DNA of 40,000 nt from an uncultured Ignavibacteriales bacterium (GTDB taxonomy: Bacteria > Bacteroidota > Ignavibacteria > Ignavibacteriales > Ignavibacteriaceae), in assembly GCA_963848195.1 (NCBI GenBank), contig CAWKCY010000002.1:58853-98852 (forward strand), read 5' to 3'. Of the stretch, positions 19,870 through 28,437 are shown in pieces (position 1 is the first letter of the stretch; every line of letters begins with the position of its first letter). The notes under the pieces were generated by a model that made no database searches, had not been told where the DNA came from, and saw only the letters and a program-made list of their open reading frames with translations. The translations under genes were made by a program, and so were the position numbers.

Positions 19870-20058
19870 ACCTAACGTGGCGCGTTTTACCCGCCGCCCA
19901 AAGTAGCAACGCCAATTAGAATTGAACTGCCGATAATCTGAAAAGTGATCGCTAAGTCCGGACACTTTGAACAAGTTTGCCGAAACGGAGCAGTTTTACC
20001 GAAGACCTTTGAAATGCCGAACGCGAAATCGCGGTCGGGTAGAAACGCATGGTTATAT
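19870..20058 (-). repeat. attC (GC-rich stem subtype)
   Basis: aCCTAACgtggcgcgtttTACCCGCCGCCCaaagtagcaacgcc ... aaatgccgaacgcgaaatcGCGGTCGGGTAgaaacgcatgGTTATAT. Confidence 0.85.
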
Positions 20059-20064
20059 GCAATC

Positions 20065-22164
20065 TTATTTAATTAATAAGAGTTTCTTTGTTTCTAAAAA
20101 TTCTCCGGCTGTTATTCTGTAAAAATAAACACCACTTGGAATACCAACTGCTTTCCATAATGTTGTGTAAGTCCCTGCACTAATATACTGCGACACTAGC
20201 TTTGCTACCTCTTGACCTAGACTGTTGAAAATATTTAGTGTAACATAAGATGCTTTAGGAAGTGAGAATTTTATTGTTGTACTTGGATTGAATGGATTTG
20301 GATAATTTTGTTCAAGAGAAAAACGAGAAGGTAACTGCTTCAATTTTTCATCGATTGATGTAATTATTTCAGAAATGGAGCGTTTCCATACACCTTTGTT
20401 TGTTCCAACAAACAGATTAGAACCGGATATGGCAAGAGAACTAATTATTCCTTTATTTGAACACTCATCGATTGAAATCCAGTTAACCCCGTGGTTTGTA
20501 GAATAAAAAATACTATTAGAACATCCGGCAAATATTATTGTATCAACTACAATAAGAGCTTTAATATTCAAATCAGTAATACCACTATTAACCTGTTGCC
20601 AGTTCATCCGTCATCTGAAGAAATGAATACACCACTACTTCGAGTACCAGCATATAAATTTTTGCCGGCTAATGCTATGGATTGGATCAATAAGTCTGAC
20701 AAACCGTTATTTATTTCGGTCCAGTTATTACCATTATCGGAAGTAACAAAAACGCCATCTCCATATAACCCTGCAAAAATCTTTGTATCCTTTACAGCCA
20801 TGGAGGAAACATCTGCGCCTATGTTCCCTAATCCATTGCTGGCAACAGACCAAAATTCTCCGTTGTTTGTTGAACGATAAATGCCTCTTGAGGTGCCTGT
20901 GTAAAGATCTTTTCCACAAACAACCATTGCACTGATGTTCCAATATTTTTGTATACCTGAATCTGATTCCACCCATGATATACCGTTATCCTTTGAACGA
21001 TAAATATGACCATCCAAATAGCCGGCCAAAATAATTGTATCCACATCGTTATCATAAAAACAACCAATTGAATTAACATCAGAATTTCTTAAACCATCAT
21101 TGATATATGTCCAGGTATCACCGCCATCGCTGGTTACAGAAATTCCATCCCCATAAATTCCTGCATAAAGATTACCTCTGTTATTTGGATTATTATCCGC
21201 ATAAAGAACTTGAATATCTGCGTAAATAAGTCCATTATTAAAAGGTACCCAATTTGAACCATTGTTGGTCGAAAGAAAAATACCACCGTATTCAGTTCCG
21301 GCAAAAATATTATCATCCTTAACCACAAGTGCCAAAACATTTTTATCTGTTAATCCGGTACTTATACTTTTCCAGTTATTCCCGTTATCAGTAGAAACAA
21401 ATATTCCTTGAGCCCGGACACCTCCTGCATATAGTTTGTTATTACTTACGGCAAGAGCCAAAATTTGATTTGAGACTAAACCTAATACTATCCAATTTCC
21501 ATCACCTTCAGAATATTGATAGACACCGGTATCAGTTCCAACGAAAAGATTTGTACCATCTGTAATCATCTGTACGAATGCCTTTATCAAGTAGACCAAT
21601 GTTATTCCAACTTTTACCTTGATCAGATGATTGAAAAATGCCTTCGTATAATCCAACATAGATTTTATTTTCTATAACGACAATAGAAGAGATAATAGAA
21701 GCATCCGGCATACCATTGCTGGCTTTCGTCCAGCTTTTTCCGCAATTTGACGAAATGAAAAGTCCATTGAACCATGTCCCCGCAAAAATAGTTGAGTCAC
21801 TAATTGCAACTGATGAGACGATGTAATCCAAAACTGTATCCATAGGTTCCCACTCATTACCTTTATTGGTTGAAAGATAAGCGCCTTCCCAAGTACCGGC
21901 AAAAATGATTGAGTCATTTATAGCTAAACTATTGATATAAAGATTTGCCAGACCGTTACTTCTCGATGTCCAATTTTCTCCATTATTAGGTGATAAATAA
22001 ACACCAGTACCAAATGAACCTGCAAATAATTCATCGCCATCAATTGCGATACAATGTATATTACCTCCATAGGGCCCGTTAGTATGAATCCATTGTCCAA
22101 ACGATTGGTTCATCATATTAGCTAGTAATAATAACGTTATAAGGGACGTGATAACATTTTTCAT
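20065..22164 (-). pseudogene. BNR/sortilin-type repeat protein with a T9SS C-terminal sorting domain, split by two frameshifts
   Basis: Three collinear ORFs (21532-22164, 20604-21659, 20065-20607). SxDxGxxW repeats run throughout, and one motif (SSDDG|MNW) spans the 20604-20607 junction. The C-terminus has NYPNPFNPSTTIKF...GVYFYRI. Confidence 0.75.
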
Positions 22165-22195
22165 AAAATTAATCCTTAGTTATTATTTTTAAGCA

Positions 22196-22427
22196 ATATA
22201 ACGAACCGCAATTAAGTTGCAGCCCAGAACTAGAAACTTTTATTTATTACTTCTGCCAAAGATTAAGCAAACTGTGCTTAAATTTCCGTTTACGACAAGC
22301 ACAGTTTGCAAGACTATTAATTAATTTGACTACTTTGAACAAGATACTTTAAGCGGATCATCTACTTCAAAAATCTCTAAAAAGCCGAATGCGTAAAATG
22401 CTGTCAACTTAAATTGCATTGTTAGGG
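22196..22427 (-). repeat. attC
   Basis: atATAACgaaccgcaattAAGTTGCAGCCC ... GCAAACTGTGCTT/AAGCACAGTTTGC ... aatgcgtaaaatGCTGTCAACTTaaattgcattGTTAGGG. Confidence 0.9.
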
Positions 22428-22507
22428 CAAATTTCTATATGCAAAATTAATCCTTTATTTTTATATAAATACTTAAATTATTATATAGCAATTTTATGAA
22501 TTAAAAA

Positions 22508-23170
22508 CTAAAAAAGTGTTACTCTAGTTACTCTGGATGAATATCCCACATCTGAACTAATGGAATTATAATAGGATATACTTTTCAGTCCGATTTCCAT
22601 TTCAAATAAATATTGTTGTTTCCTATATTCAGAATAATGCTCGACTCTAATTCTGGACAGATTTATATTAATAATCATATCACATTCAAAATATAGATAC
22701 TGAAGAATATCGGGCGAAAGGTTCAGGTAAAATGGTTTCATGTCTAATGGGAAATGCCAGATAAATGAATTATAGCTAAGTATATGTGAGTCAACAAGAA
22801 TTTCTTTAAGTGTATCAATAGTATTGTAGTTAATCAGATAAGAGCTATCTAATCTCATCCCTCCAATCTGATCAGTTAAATAATAATATTGATGCAGCAA
22901 ATTAACATTCTCATTGATAATCCATAATCTGAGAGTTGATGAGAAATTTACTGAATCTTTAATTATATATTCCACACTACCTGAGTCTATCCATTTAATG
23001 TTATTATTTTTAAATGTTTGAATATATTTATAATTATACTGACGCCCGTTATTTAGAGGAAACATATCATAATTATAAGTTACAACAGAGGTAGGTGAAT
23101 TACATGATTGAATAAATAACAGAATTCCAGCTATTGACAACCATAACAAAATACCAATTGTTCTTGTCAT
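22508..23170 (-). CDS. hypothetical lipoprotein (cassette)
   Basis: Lipobox LFIQSC. No recognisable domain. Confidence 0.55.
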   Translation of the reverse strand: MTRTIGILLWLSIAGILLFIQSCNSPTSVVTYNYDMFPLNNGRQYNYKYIQTFKNNNIKWIDSGSVEYIIKDSVNFSSTLRLWIINENVNLLHQYYYLTDQIGGMRLDSSYLINYNTIDTLKEILVDSHILSYNSFIWHFPLDMKPFYLNLSPDILQYLYFECDMIININLSRIRVEHYSEYRKQQYLFEMEIGLKSISYYNSISSDVGYSSRVTRVTLF

Positions 23171-23224
23171 AGTTTTTCTCCATTTAATTAAATTTAAAAT
23201 AATCTTTGTATATTTTTTATTTAG

Positions 23225-23414
23225 CCCTAACGGCTAAGGTTAAGCTGCTGCCCATAACTACAATGCAACATTTAAAAACCCAAGCCGATGATTTTTAACA
23301 AACTTTTTTATTTAAAAATACTTTAGACAAGATACTTTAATCGGAGCACAAAACTCTAAAATCTGTAAAATGCCGAGTGCGTAAGAAGCAGTCAGCTTAA
23401 ACCTAATGTTGAAC
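23225..23414 (-). repeat. attC, separated from its cassette ORF (25834-26658) by the IS
   Basis: cCCTAACggctaaggtTAAGCTGCTGCCCataactacaatgc ... aaaatgccgagtgcgtaagaaGCAGTCAGCTTAaacctaatGTTGAAC (23408-23414). Confidence 0.8.
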
Positions 23415-23538
23415 TAAGCCGCTAGCGGCAGCCTTACTAATTATCTACCATAAAAAAGCATCCTGCAAATAAAAGTTGGTCATGTCTTTCCAGTAATTTT
23501 TAGATAAATCAATTTTCTCAAATTATAAGGAGGAAGAC

Positions 23539-24402
23539 ATGACACAACTTCGTAAAAAAATGCTCGAAGATATGAAACTCTTCGGCTTATCTGAACGTAC
23601 TCAGGAAACTTACATTTATGCCGTAAGTAAACTTGCACAATATTTTCATAAGTCACCAGACCTCATCTCTGATGATCAGCTTAGAGAGTATTTCCTATTC
23701 CTGAAAGATAAATATGCTCGTAATACTTCCACCATTGCTATCTGCGGTATTAAGTTCTTCTTTGAAAAATCCTTAAAGAAACCATTTAAGATATTCGGCA
23801 TCGTTCGTTCTCCAAAAGTTAATAAGCTTCCCGTTGTTCTTACCAGAGAAGAAGTACAACTGATATTAAAAAACATCCGTACACTCCGCCACCGTGCTTG
23901 TCTTAGCCTTATTTACTCTTGCGGACTTAGATTAAAGGAAGGTGTATCCCTTAAAGTAAACCAGGTAGACAGTAAACGCATGGTTATTCATATTCAGCAA
24001 GCTAAGGGATTAAACGACCGTTATGTTCCGCTTCCTAAAGCAGCTTTAGAAATTCTCCGTGCTCATTATAAAACTCACCGGAATCCTTTACTTGTCTTTC
24101 CTGCTCCGGGTAGAGGAGAAAGTCAAGAATCTAGTTCTACAAAACCTCTGCCGGATAGTTCTATACAAACTGTCTTCCGGAAATCTTTGCTTGAAACCGG
24201 CATCAATAAAGACGCTCATGTTCATACTCTCAGACATTCTTATGCTACTCATCTTTTGGAAGACGGTGTTGATATTAGAATCATTCAGGAATACTTAGGA
24301 CATAACAACATTGAAACTACTATGATCTACACTCATCTTACTCCTCTTATCAAAGATGGAGTTTATAATAAAATAAACTCTCTGATGGATGGCTTAGTAT
24401 GA
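23539..24402 (+). CDS. tyrosine recombinase (phage-integrase family) of the IS91-like element
   Basis: 287 aa with SAM-like N-domain and catalytic residues in [25 protein letters not shown] and TTMIYTH. Confidence 0.9.
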   Translation: MTQLRKKMLEDMKLFGLSERTQETYIYAVSKLAQYFHKSPDLISDDQLREYFLFLKDKYARNTSTIAICGIKFFFEKSLKKPFKIFGIVRSPKVNKLPVVLTREEVQLILKNIRTLRHRACLSLIYSCGLRLKEGVSLKVNQVDSKRMVIHIQQAKGLNDRYVPLPKAALEILRAHYKTHRNPLLVFPAPGRGESQESSSTKPLPDSSIQTVFRKSLLETGINKDAHVHTLRHSYATHLLEDGVDIRIIQEYLGHNNIETTMIYTHLTPLIKDGVYNKINSLMDGLV

Positions 24403-25565
24403 TTGCTTTATCTGATATCCTTCAGACATACGGACTGTCTTATTTGGAAAAGTATTCAGCTTCAATGCCCTATAATCATAAAGCAGCAATCCGTAATATT
24501 CTTCAATGCCGGACTGAAAAACTTGGCGGTCAGGCTTATTATTGTGATAACTGCAAACAGTACCGTTATAGCTATCATTCATGCGGTGACAGAAACTGCA
24601 ATAAATGCCAGTGTGATAAAGCTAAAGAATGGTTTAGTAAAACTTCTCAGCTTCTTCTTCCCCTTACTCACTTTTTAATTACCTTCACCATGCCCGATAT
24701 TTTAAGACAGCTTACAAGAGCTAACCAGCTTCTATTTTACAATATACTTTTTAAGGCTGCTTCAGCTTCGCTGCAAACTTTAGCTTGGGACTCAAAATAT
24801 GTCGGAGGCAGAATTGCTATGATGGCCGTTCTGCATACCTGGACAAGAACTCTTAACTACCATCCACATCTGCACTTTATTGTTCCCAGTGGTGGCCTTT
24901 GGGATGATGGTAATCTCTGGCTGCAAAGCAGTGAGAAATTTCTTGTGCCTGTTTGTGCATTAAGTAAACTCTTTCGTGCTCAAATGCAGAAGCGGATTAA
25001 AAACAAGGCTCCTGAATTATATAATTCCATTCCAAATAAAGTCTGGAATCAAAAATGGGTCGTGCACTGTAAAGCTGTGGGAACCGGACAGAAAGCTGTG
25101 CAGTATCTTTCCGAATATGTTTTTCGTCCCGCTATAAGTAATAACAGGATAATAAACATGGATAATGATTTTGTTACATTCAGCTACAAAGACAGTAAAA
25201 CTCAGTTTAAGAAAACAATGAAACTTATTCCGGAAGAATTTATCCGGCGTTATATTCAGCATGTGCTGCCTAAAGGTTTTGTTAAAGTGCGTTACTTCGG
25301 GTTGTTCTCTAATACCAATAGAAAACTTCTTGCTGAAGTTAAAGAAAGATTACCTCAAAATAATTATAATTATCCAAAGAACCCTGAAACCAAACCCGCA
25401 GATGTTAAAACTGCAGAAGTTAAATCAACAACTCATAGAATAATTATTTGTCCTCATTGTAATAAGCCAATGCGGATTATAGGAAGTCTTCCAAAATTAA
25501 TATACAATGATAAATCTCCCCCTTATAATATATTTATCCACTTATACAGCACTTTTAATGGATAG
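24399..25565 (+). CDS. IS91-family Y2 HUH (rolling-circle) transposase with an N-terminal Zn-ribbon
   Basis: 388 aa with CDNCKQYRYSYHSCGDRNCNKCQ, the HUH region LHTWTRTLNYHPHLHFIVPSGG and the Y-x3-Y motif AVQYLSEYVFR. Overlaps the recombinase gene by 4 nt. Confidence 0.9.
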   Translation: MIALSDILQTYGLSYLEKYSASMPYNHKAAIRNILQCRTEKLGGQAYYCDNCKQYRYSYHSCGDRNCNKCQCDKAKEWFSKTSQLLLPLTHFLITFTMPDILRQLTRANQLLFYNILFKAASASLQTLAWDSKYVGGRIAMMAVLHTWTRTLNYHPHLHFIVPSGGLWDDGNLWLQSSEKFLVPVCALSKLFRAQMQKRIKNKAPELYNSIPNKVWNQKWVVHCKAVGTGQKAVQYLSEYVFRPAISNNRIINMDNDFVTFSYKDSKTQFKKTMKLIPEEFIRRYIQHVLPKGFVKVRYFGLFSNTNRKLLAEVKERLPQNNYNYPKNPETKPADVKTAEVKSTTHRIIICPHCNKPMRIIGSLPKLIYNDKSPPYNIFIHLYSTFNG

Positions 25566-25833
25566 ATTTTTTCTGTCTGTGGTAATCCCTAGCCTGAAAA
25601 TGAAATGACTGGTATTATTTCGATAAATACTTTACTGTTTGACTTTTAATTTGTTCTTTATTGTCTTTTTAACTTTTCTTTTCTGTTCTAAAACAAAGTT
25701 TGACAAACCTAATCCTCCATTGAAAACCCAAATAGTTTTCTGAATATGACCTGCATACTGCTATGCCCGGGCTTGTTCAACAACGGTTTGAAACTCGGCA
25801 AGCTTCGCTTCAAACCTTATTTCGTTAGGTTGC

Positions 25834-26658
25834 TTATTGTATAACATATTTTTTTTTAATAAAATCTTTAAATAGTTTCCATGGGCTTTCTTCTCCAATT
25901 CCAAAATAATCTTTTGGAGTATATACTATCTCATCTATAATTGGATAAATAGCAAAATTATTATCTGGCAGCATATGTATTTTATACTGGTAATTATCTT
26001 TTTCTTCTATACGAAATAGACTAACAGGTAAAAAGTAACTACTATCAACTTTGAAATATTGTTCTTCTTTTGCTCCATGAAACCAATGACCGAAAAAACT
26101 TACTGTTAAACTATCACCTCTATTAAAATATTTTTCTCCTTTTATTACATCCTCAATTTCAACAACCATATCTGATTGTCTTAAATTGATTTTTAAATCT
26201 TTAGAGTAATAATTTGATTCATCAAACCTTTTGACCTTTATTCTGAACAAATATGGAACCAATAATAAATCAGCAAAAGCAGAAGAATAATATTCAGTTA
26301 TTTTTTCTCTAATTATTCTAAGTTTTACGGCAGGTTTTTTGTGAACTATTTTATAATTGTTATTGATGATTTCTTCTTCCCATCCTTTATGCAATTTTTC
26401 AAAATAAAAATAATATTCGGTTGGATACTCGCAAATCACGTTATAATATTCAGTTGCAAAATCTTTTATTTCTTCAAAAGTAAAATCTTTTTTCCAACCA
26501 AGTGAATCATTATAAAAGGAGAAGATTTTTTCAGCGTCATCGAAAAAATCAATAACATTTTTTGAATATTGTTCATCTTGAACTTTTTCATAGACTGAAT
26601 TAATTTTCCAACTAAAGAATAAAAGTAATATTGTTAGAAAATACTTATATCTTATCAT
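25834..26658 (-). CDS. hypothetical secreted protein (cassette)
   Basis: 274 aa with an N-terminal hydrophobic signal. No recognisable domain. Confidence 0.55.
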   Translation of the reverse strand: MIRYKYFLTILLLFFSWKINSVYEKVQDEQYSKNVIDFFDDAEKIFSFYNDSLGWKKDFTFEEIKDFATEYYNVICEYPTEYYFYFEKLHKGWEEEIINNNYKIVHKKPAVKLRIIREKITEYYSSAFADLLLVPYLFRIKVKRFDESNYYSKDLKINLRQSDMVVEIEDVIKGEKYFNRGDSLTVSFFGHWFHGAKEEQYFKVDSSYFLPVSLFRIEEKDNYQYKIHMLPDNNFAIYPIIDEIVYTPKDYFGIGEESPWKLFKDFIKKKYVIQ

Positions 26659-26662
26659 AGCT

Positions 26663-26851
26663 ACCTAACGCGGCGCGTTTTACCCGCCGCCCAAAACAGC
26701 AACGCCAATTAGAATTAAACTTCCAATAATCTGAAAAGTGAGTGCAAGGCCCGGTAACTTTGAACAAGTTTGCCAAAACGTAGCAGTTCTGCCGAATACT
26801 TTTGAAATGCCGAACGCGAAAACGCGGTCGGGTAGAAACGCATGGTTATAC
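26663..26851 (-). repeat. attC (GC-rich stem subtype)
   Basis: aCCTAACgcggcgcgtttTACCCGCCGCCCaaaacagcaacgcc ... aaatgccgaacgcgaaaacGCGGTCGGGTAgaaacgcatgGTTATAC. Confidence 0.85.
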
Positions 26852-27323
26852 CTATTTTATTAAACTGGAAATCGTTTTTATTTCTTTTGATAAATTCAAT
26901 ATTTAATTCATTGAGGTTATCTTCATACTTATAAAACTCTTTGTCTAACTCATCCCACTTTTCATTTGCAAAGTTTTCTATTTGTTGAAGTAAGGCAATT
27001 CTTTCATCTCTATCTTTAGGCGCCAGCTTATTAGGGAATTGGCTTATGGCTTTTTGAAGAATTGAAGATGTTCTGTTTGCACCTATAGCTTTTAAAGCTT
27101 CAATTGTCTCGTGAGAATAATCGCCACTGGAATTATAAAAATACTGATTAAAACCGCCATTGTTAACTTCTCTTTCCAGGCACTGATTGTAGTAGAAAGT
27201 TTTTTGAGCTTCCGTTAGCTTTTCCAATCTTTCTCCATATTCGCACAATTCTTCTACATAATTATCAATTTCAATAATTGAATTATTAAGATTATCTGAA
27301 ACAAGTAATTTATCTAAATTCAT
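26715..27323 (-). CDS. DUF4375 / DMP19-like protein (cassette); the annotated 3' end reads through the attC
   Basis: NNGGFNQYFYNSSGDY and the surrounding helices are typical of the DMP19 C-terminal (DUF4375) family. The last roughly 45 codons are encoded by the attC. Confidence 0.65.
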   Translation of the reverse strand: MNLDKLLVSDNLNNSIIEIDNYVEELCEYGERLEKLTEAQKTFYYNQCLEREVNNGGFNQYFYNSSGDYSHETIEALKAIGANRTSSILQKAISQFPNKLAPKDRDERIALLQQIENFANEKWDELDKEFYKYEDNLNELNIEFIKRNKNDFQFNKIGITMRFYPTAFSRSAFQKYSAELLRFGKLVQSYRALHSLFRLLEV

Positions 27324-27404
27324 TTTTATTCTCCGAGTTACGATTATTTAATAAATAAACAATAATATTAAAAATGTATTTTATTCCTTTCATTTTCCCA
27401 ATAG

Positions 27405-27595
27405 GTATAACGAACCGCAATTAAGTTGCAGCCCTGAACTAAAATATTAATTTAATTCTATAAATTTTATAACCTGAAAAAACTTTTTCAGCTTTGACTA
27501 ACTTGAACAAGATACTTTATGCGGATCACCTACTTTAAAAACATCTAAAAAGCCAAATGCGTAAAATGCTGTCAACTTAAATTGCATTGTTAGGC
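27405..27595 (-). repeat. attC of the first cassette
   Basis: GTATAACgaaccgcaattAAGTTGCAGCCC ... hairpin CTGAAAAA-ac-TTTTTCAG ... aatgcgtaaaatGCTGTCAACTTaaattgcattGTTAGGC. Confidence 0.9.
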
Positions 27596-27609
27596 ACTCT
27601 TTGTTATTA

Positions 27610-28404
27610 TTAATTGTTTAGACTATAATCTCTTAATACATCTATATAATCTAAAAACCAATAAGCTTTAGGTACTATAAAAATTCTTACATCAGCAATT
27701 AAACCTATATTAGGTGCATAATAATAATAAAAGTCATCATAACCAGGATAATCTTCTGCTTCCCTTATTCTGATTCTTATTACAAAACAACTAAAGGCTC
27801 CCGCCTTGGTTTTTACAGTATCATTAACAGATATTAATCTTGTATCTAGTGGCTTAATTGAGCTAAATCCCGAAGGACCTAGAAATACAGGACGCGAATC
27901 CCAGGGTTCGTTTAAATTAAATTTTGCAGGTATATAAATATCTTTATTCAATAATGTATCGCCATTTTCATTAAACGCTCCCATACTATAAACACCATCT
28001 TTGCCAATCCAGAAAATTTTATTGAAATTAGTATTTTGATCATTTATATATGAGGCAATGATATGACAAGGATACAAAGTATCATTAAATATAATATTTG
28101 TAGTTTCAATAACTTCGCGCTTATAAATATTTGTTATATTTACGGTATCAAAATTAAAATCAAATGAATTAAAATTTTTATATATCCAATTAGTATCATT
28201 ATTACCAAAAGAGAAAGTGTAATAATTATAATTCCACCAATTACCCTTTTTTGATGGCCAGAGATAGTGAGTATAAACTTTAGCTGTGTCAAGAGTATTA
28301 TAAGATTGCATAGGAGCAACAATATTATTTTCGCATCCTGAAATAATTAGAATCGTGCTTAATAAATTTAAAAAAAGTAATGTATGCCTTAATTTTAAAT
28401 TCAT
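27610..28404 (-). CDS. hypothetical lipoprotein (first cassette)
   Basis: Start moved to MNLKLRHTLLFLNLLSTILIISGC (lipobox). The track start at 28446 overlaps the attI/cassette junction. Confidence 0.6.
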   Translation of the reverse strand: MNLKLRHTLLFLNLLSTILIISGCENNIVAPMQSYNTLDTAKVYTHYLWPSKKGNWWNYNYYTFSFGNNDTNWIYKNFNSFDFNFDTVNITNIYKREVIETTNIIFNDTLYPCHIIASYINDQNTNFNKIFWIGKDGVYSMGAFNENGDTLLNKDIYIPAKFNLNEPWDSRPVFLGPSGFSSIKPLDTRLISVNDTVKTKAGAFSCFVIRIRIREAEDYPGYDDFYYYYAPNIGLIADVRIFIVPKAYWFLDYIDVLRDYSLNN

Positions 28405-28437
28405 AATTTTTTTTATATTATTTTCTATTACTAAAGT

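Larger units (their letters stand above)
23415..25823 (+). mobile_element. intact IS91-family-like element (variant B) encoding a tyrosine recombinase and a Y2 HUH transposase, inserted at an attC R'' box
   Basis: Left end TAAGCCGCtaGCGGCag directly after GTTGAAC. Two overlapping intact ORFs. Right-end hairpin GGTTTGAAAC-tcggcaagcttc-GCTTCAAACC, ending cttatttc|GTTAGGT. Confidence 0.8.

Noticed and set aside
20491-21917. Alternative-frame ORFs within the BNR pseudogene (20491-20880, 20734-20976, 20828-21079, 21134-21340, 21672-21917)
   Set aside because: They overlap the repeat-protein frames and have no independent support.
23676-25443. Small ORFs overlapping the IS recombinase and transposase genes (23676-23876, 24059-24298, 24394-24582, 24403-24678, 25017-25262, 25261-25443)
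   Set aside because: Shadow or alternative-frame ORFs of two intact, well-supported genes.
23408-25830. Interpreting the recombinase/transposase unit as an ordinary gene cassette with a mini-attC (CCTAAC..hairpin..GTTGAAC)
   Set aside because: The genes are on the opposite strand to all cassettes. The flanking attC (23225-23414) is already complete. The same ends recur at other R'' boxes as fragments. This fits an insertion element better, although a tyrosine-recombinase-mediated G|TT insertion cannot be excluded.
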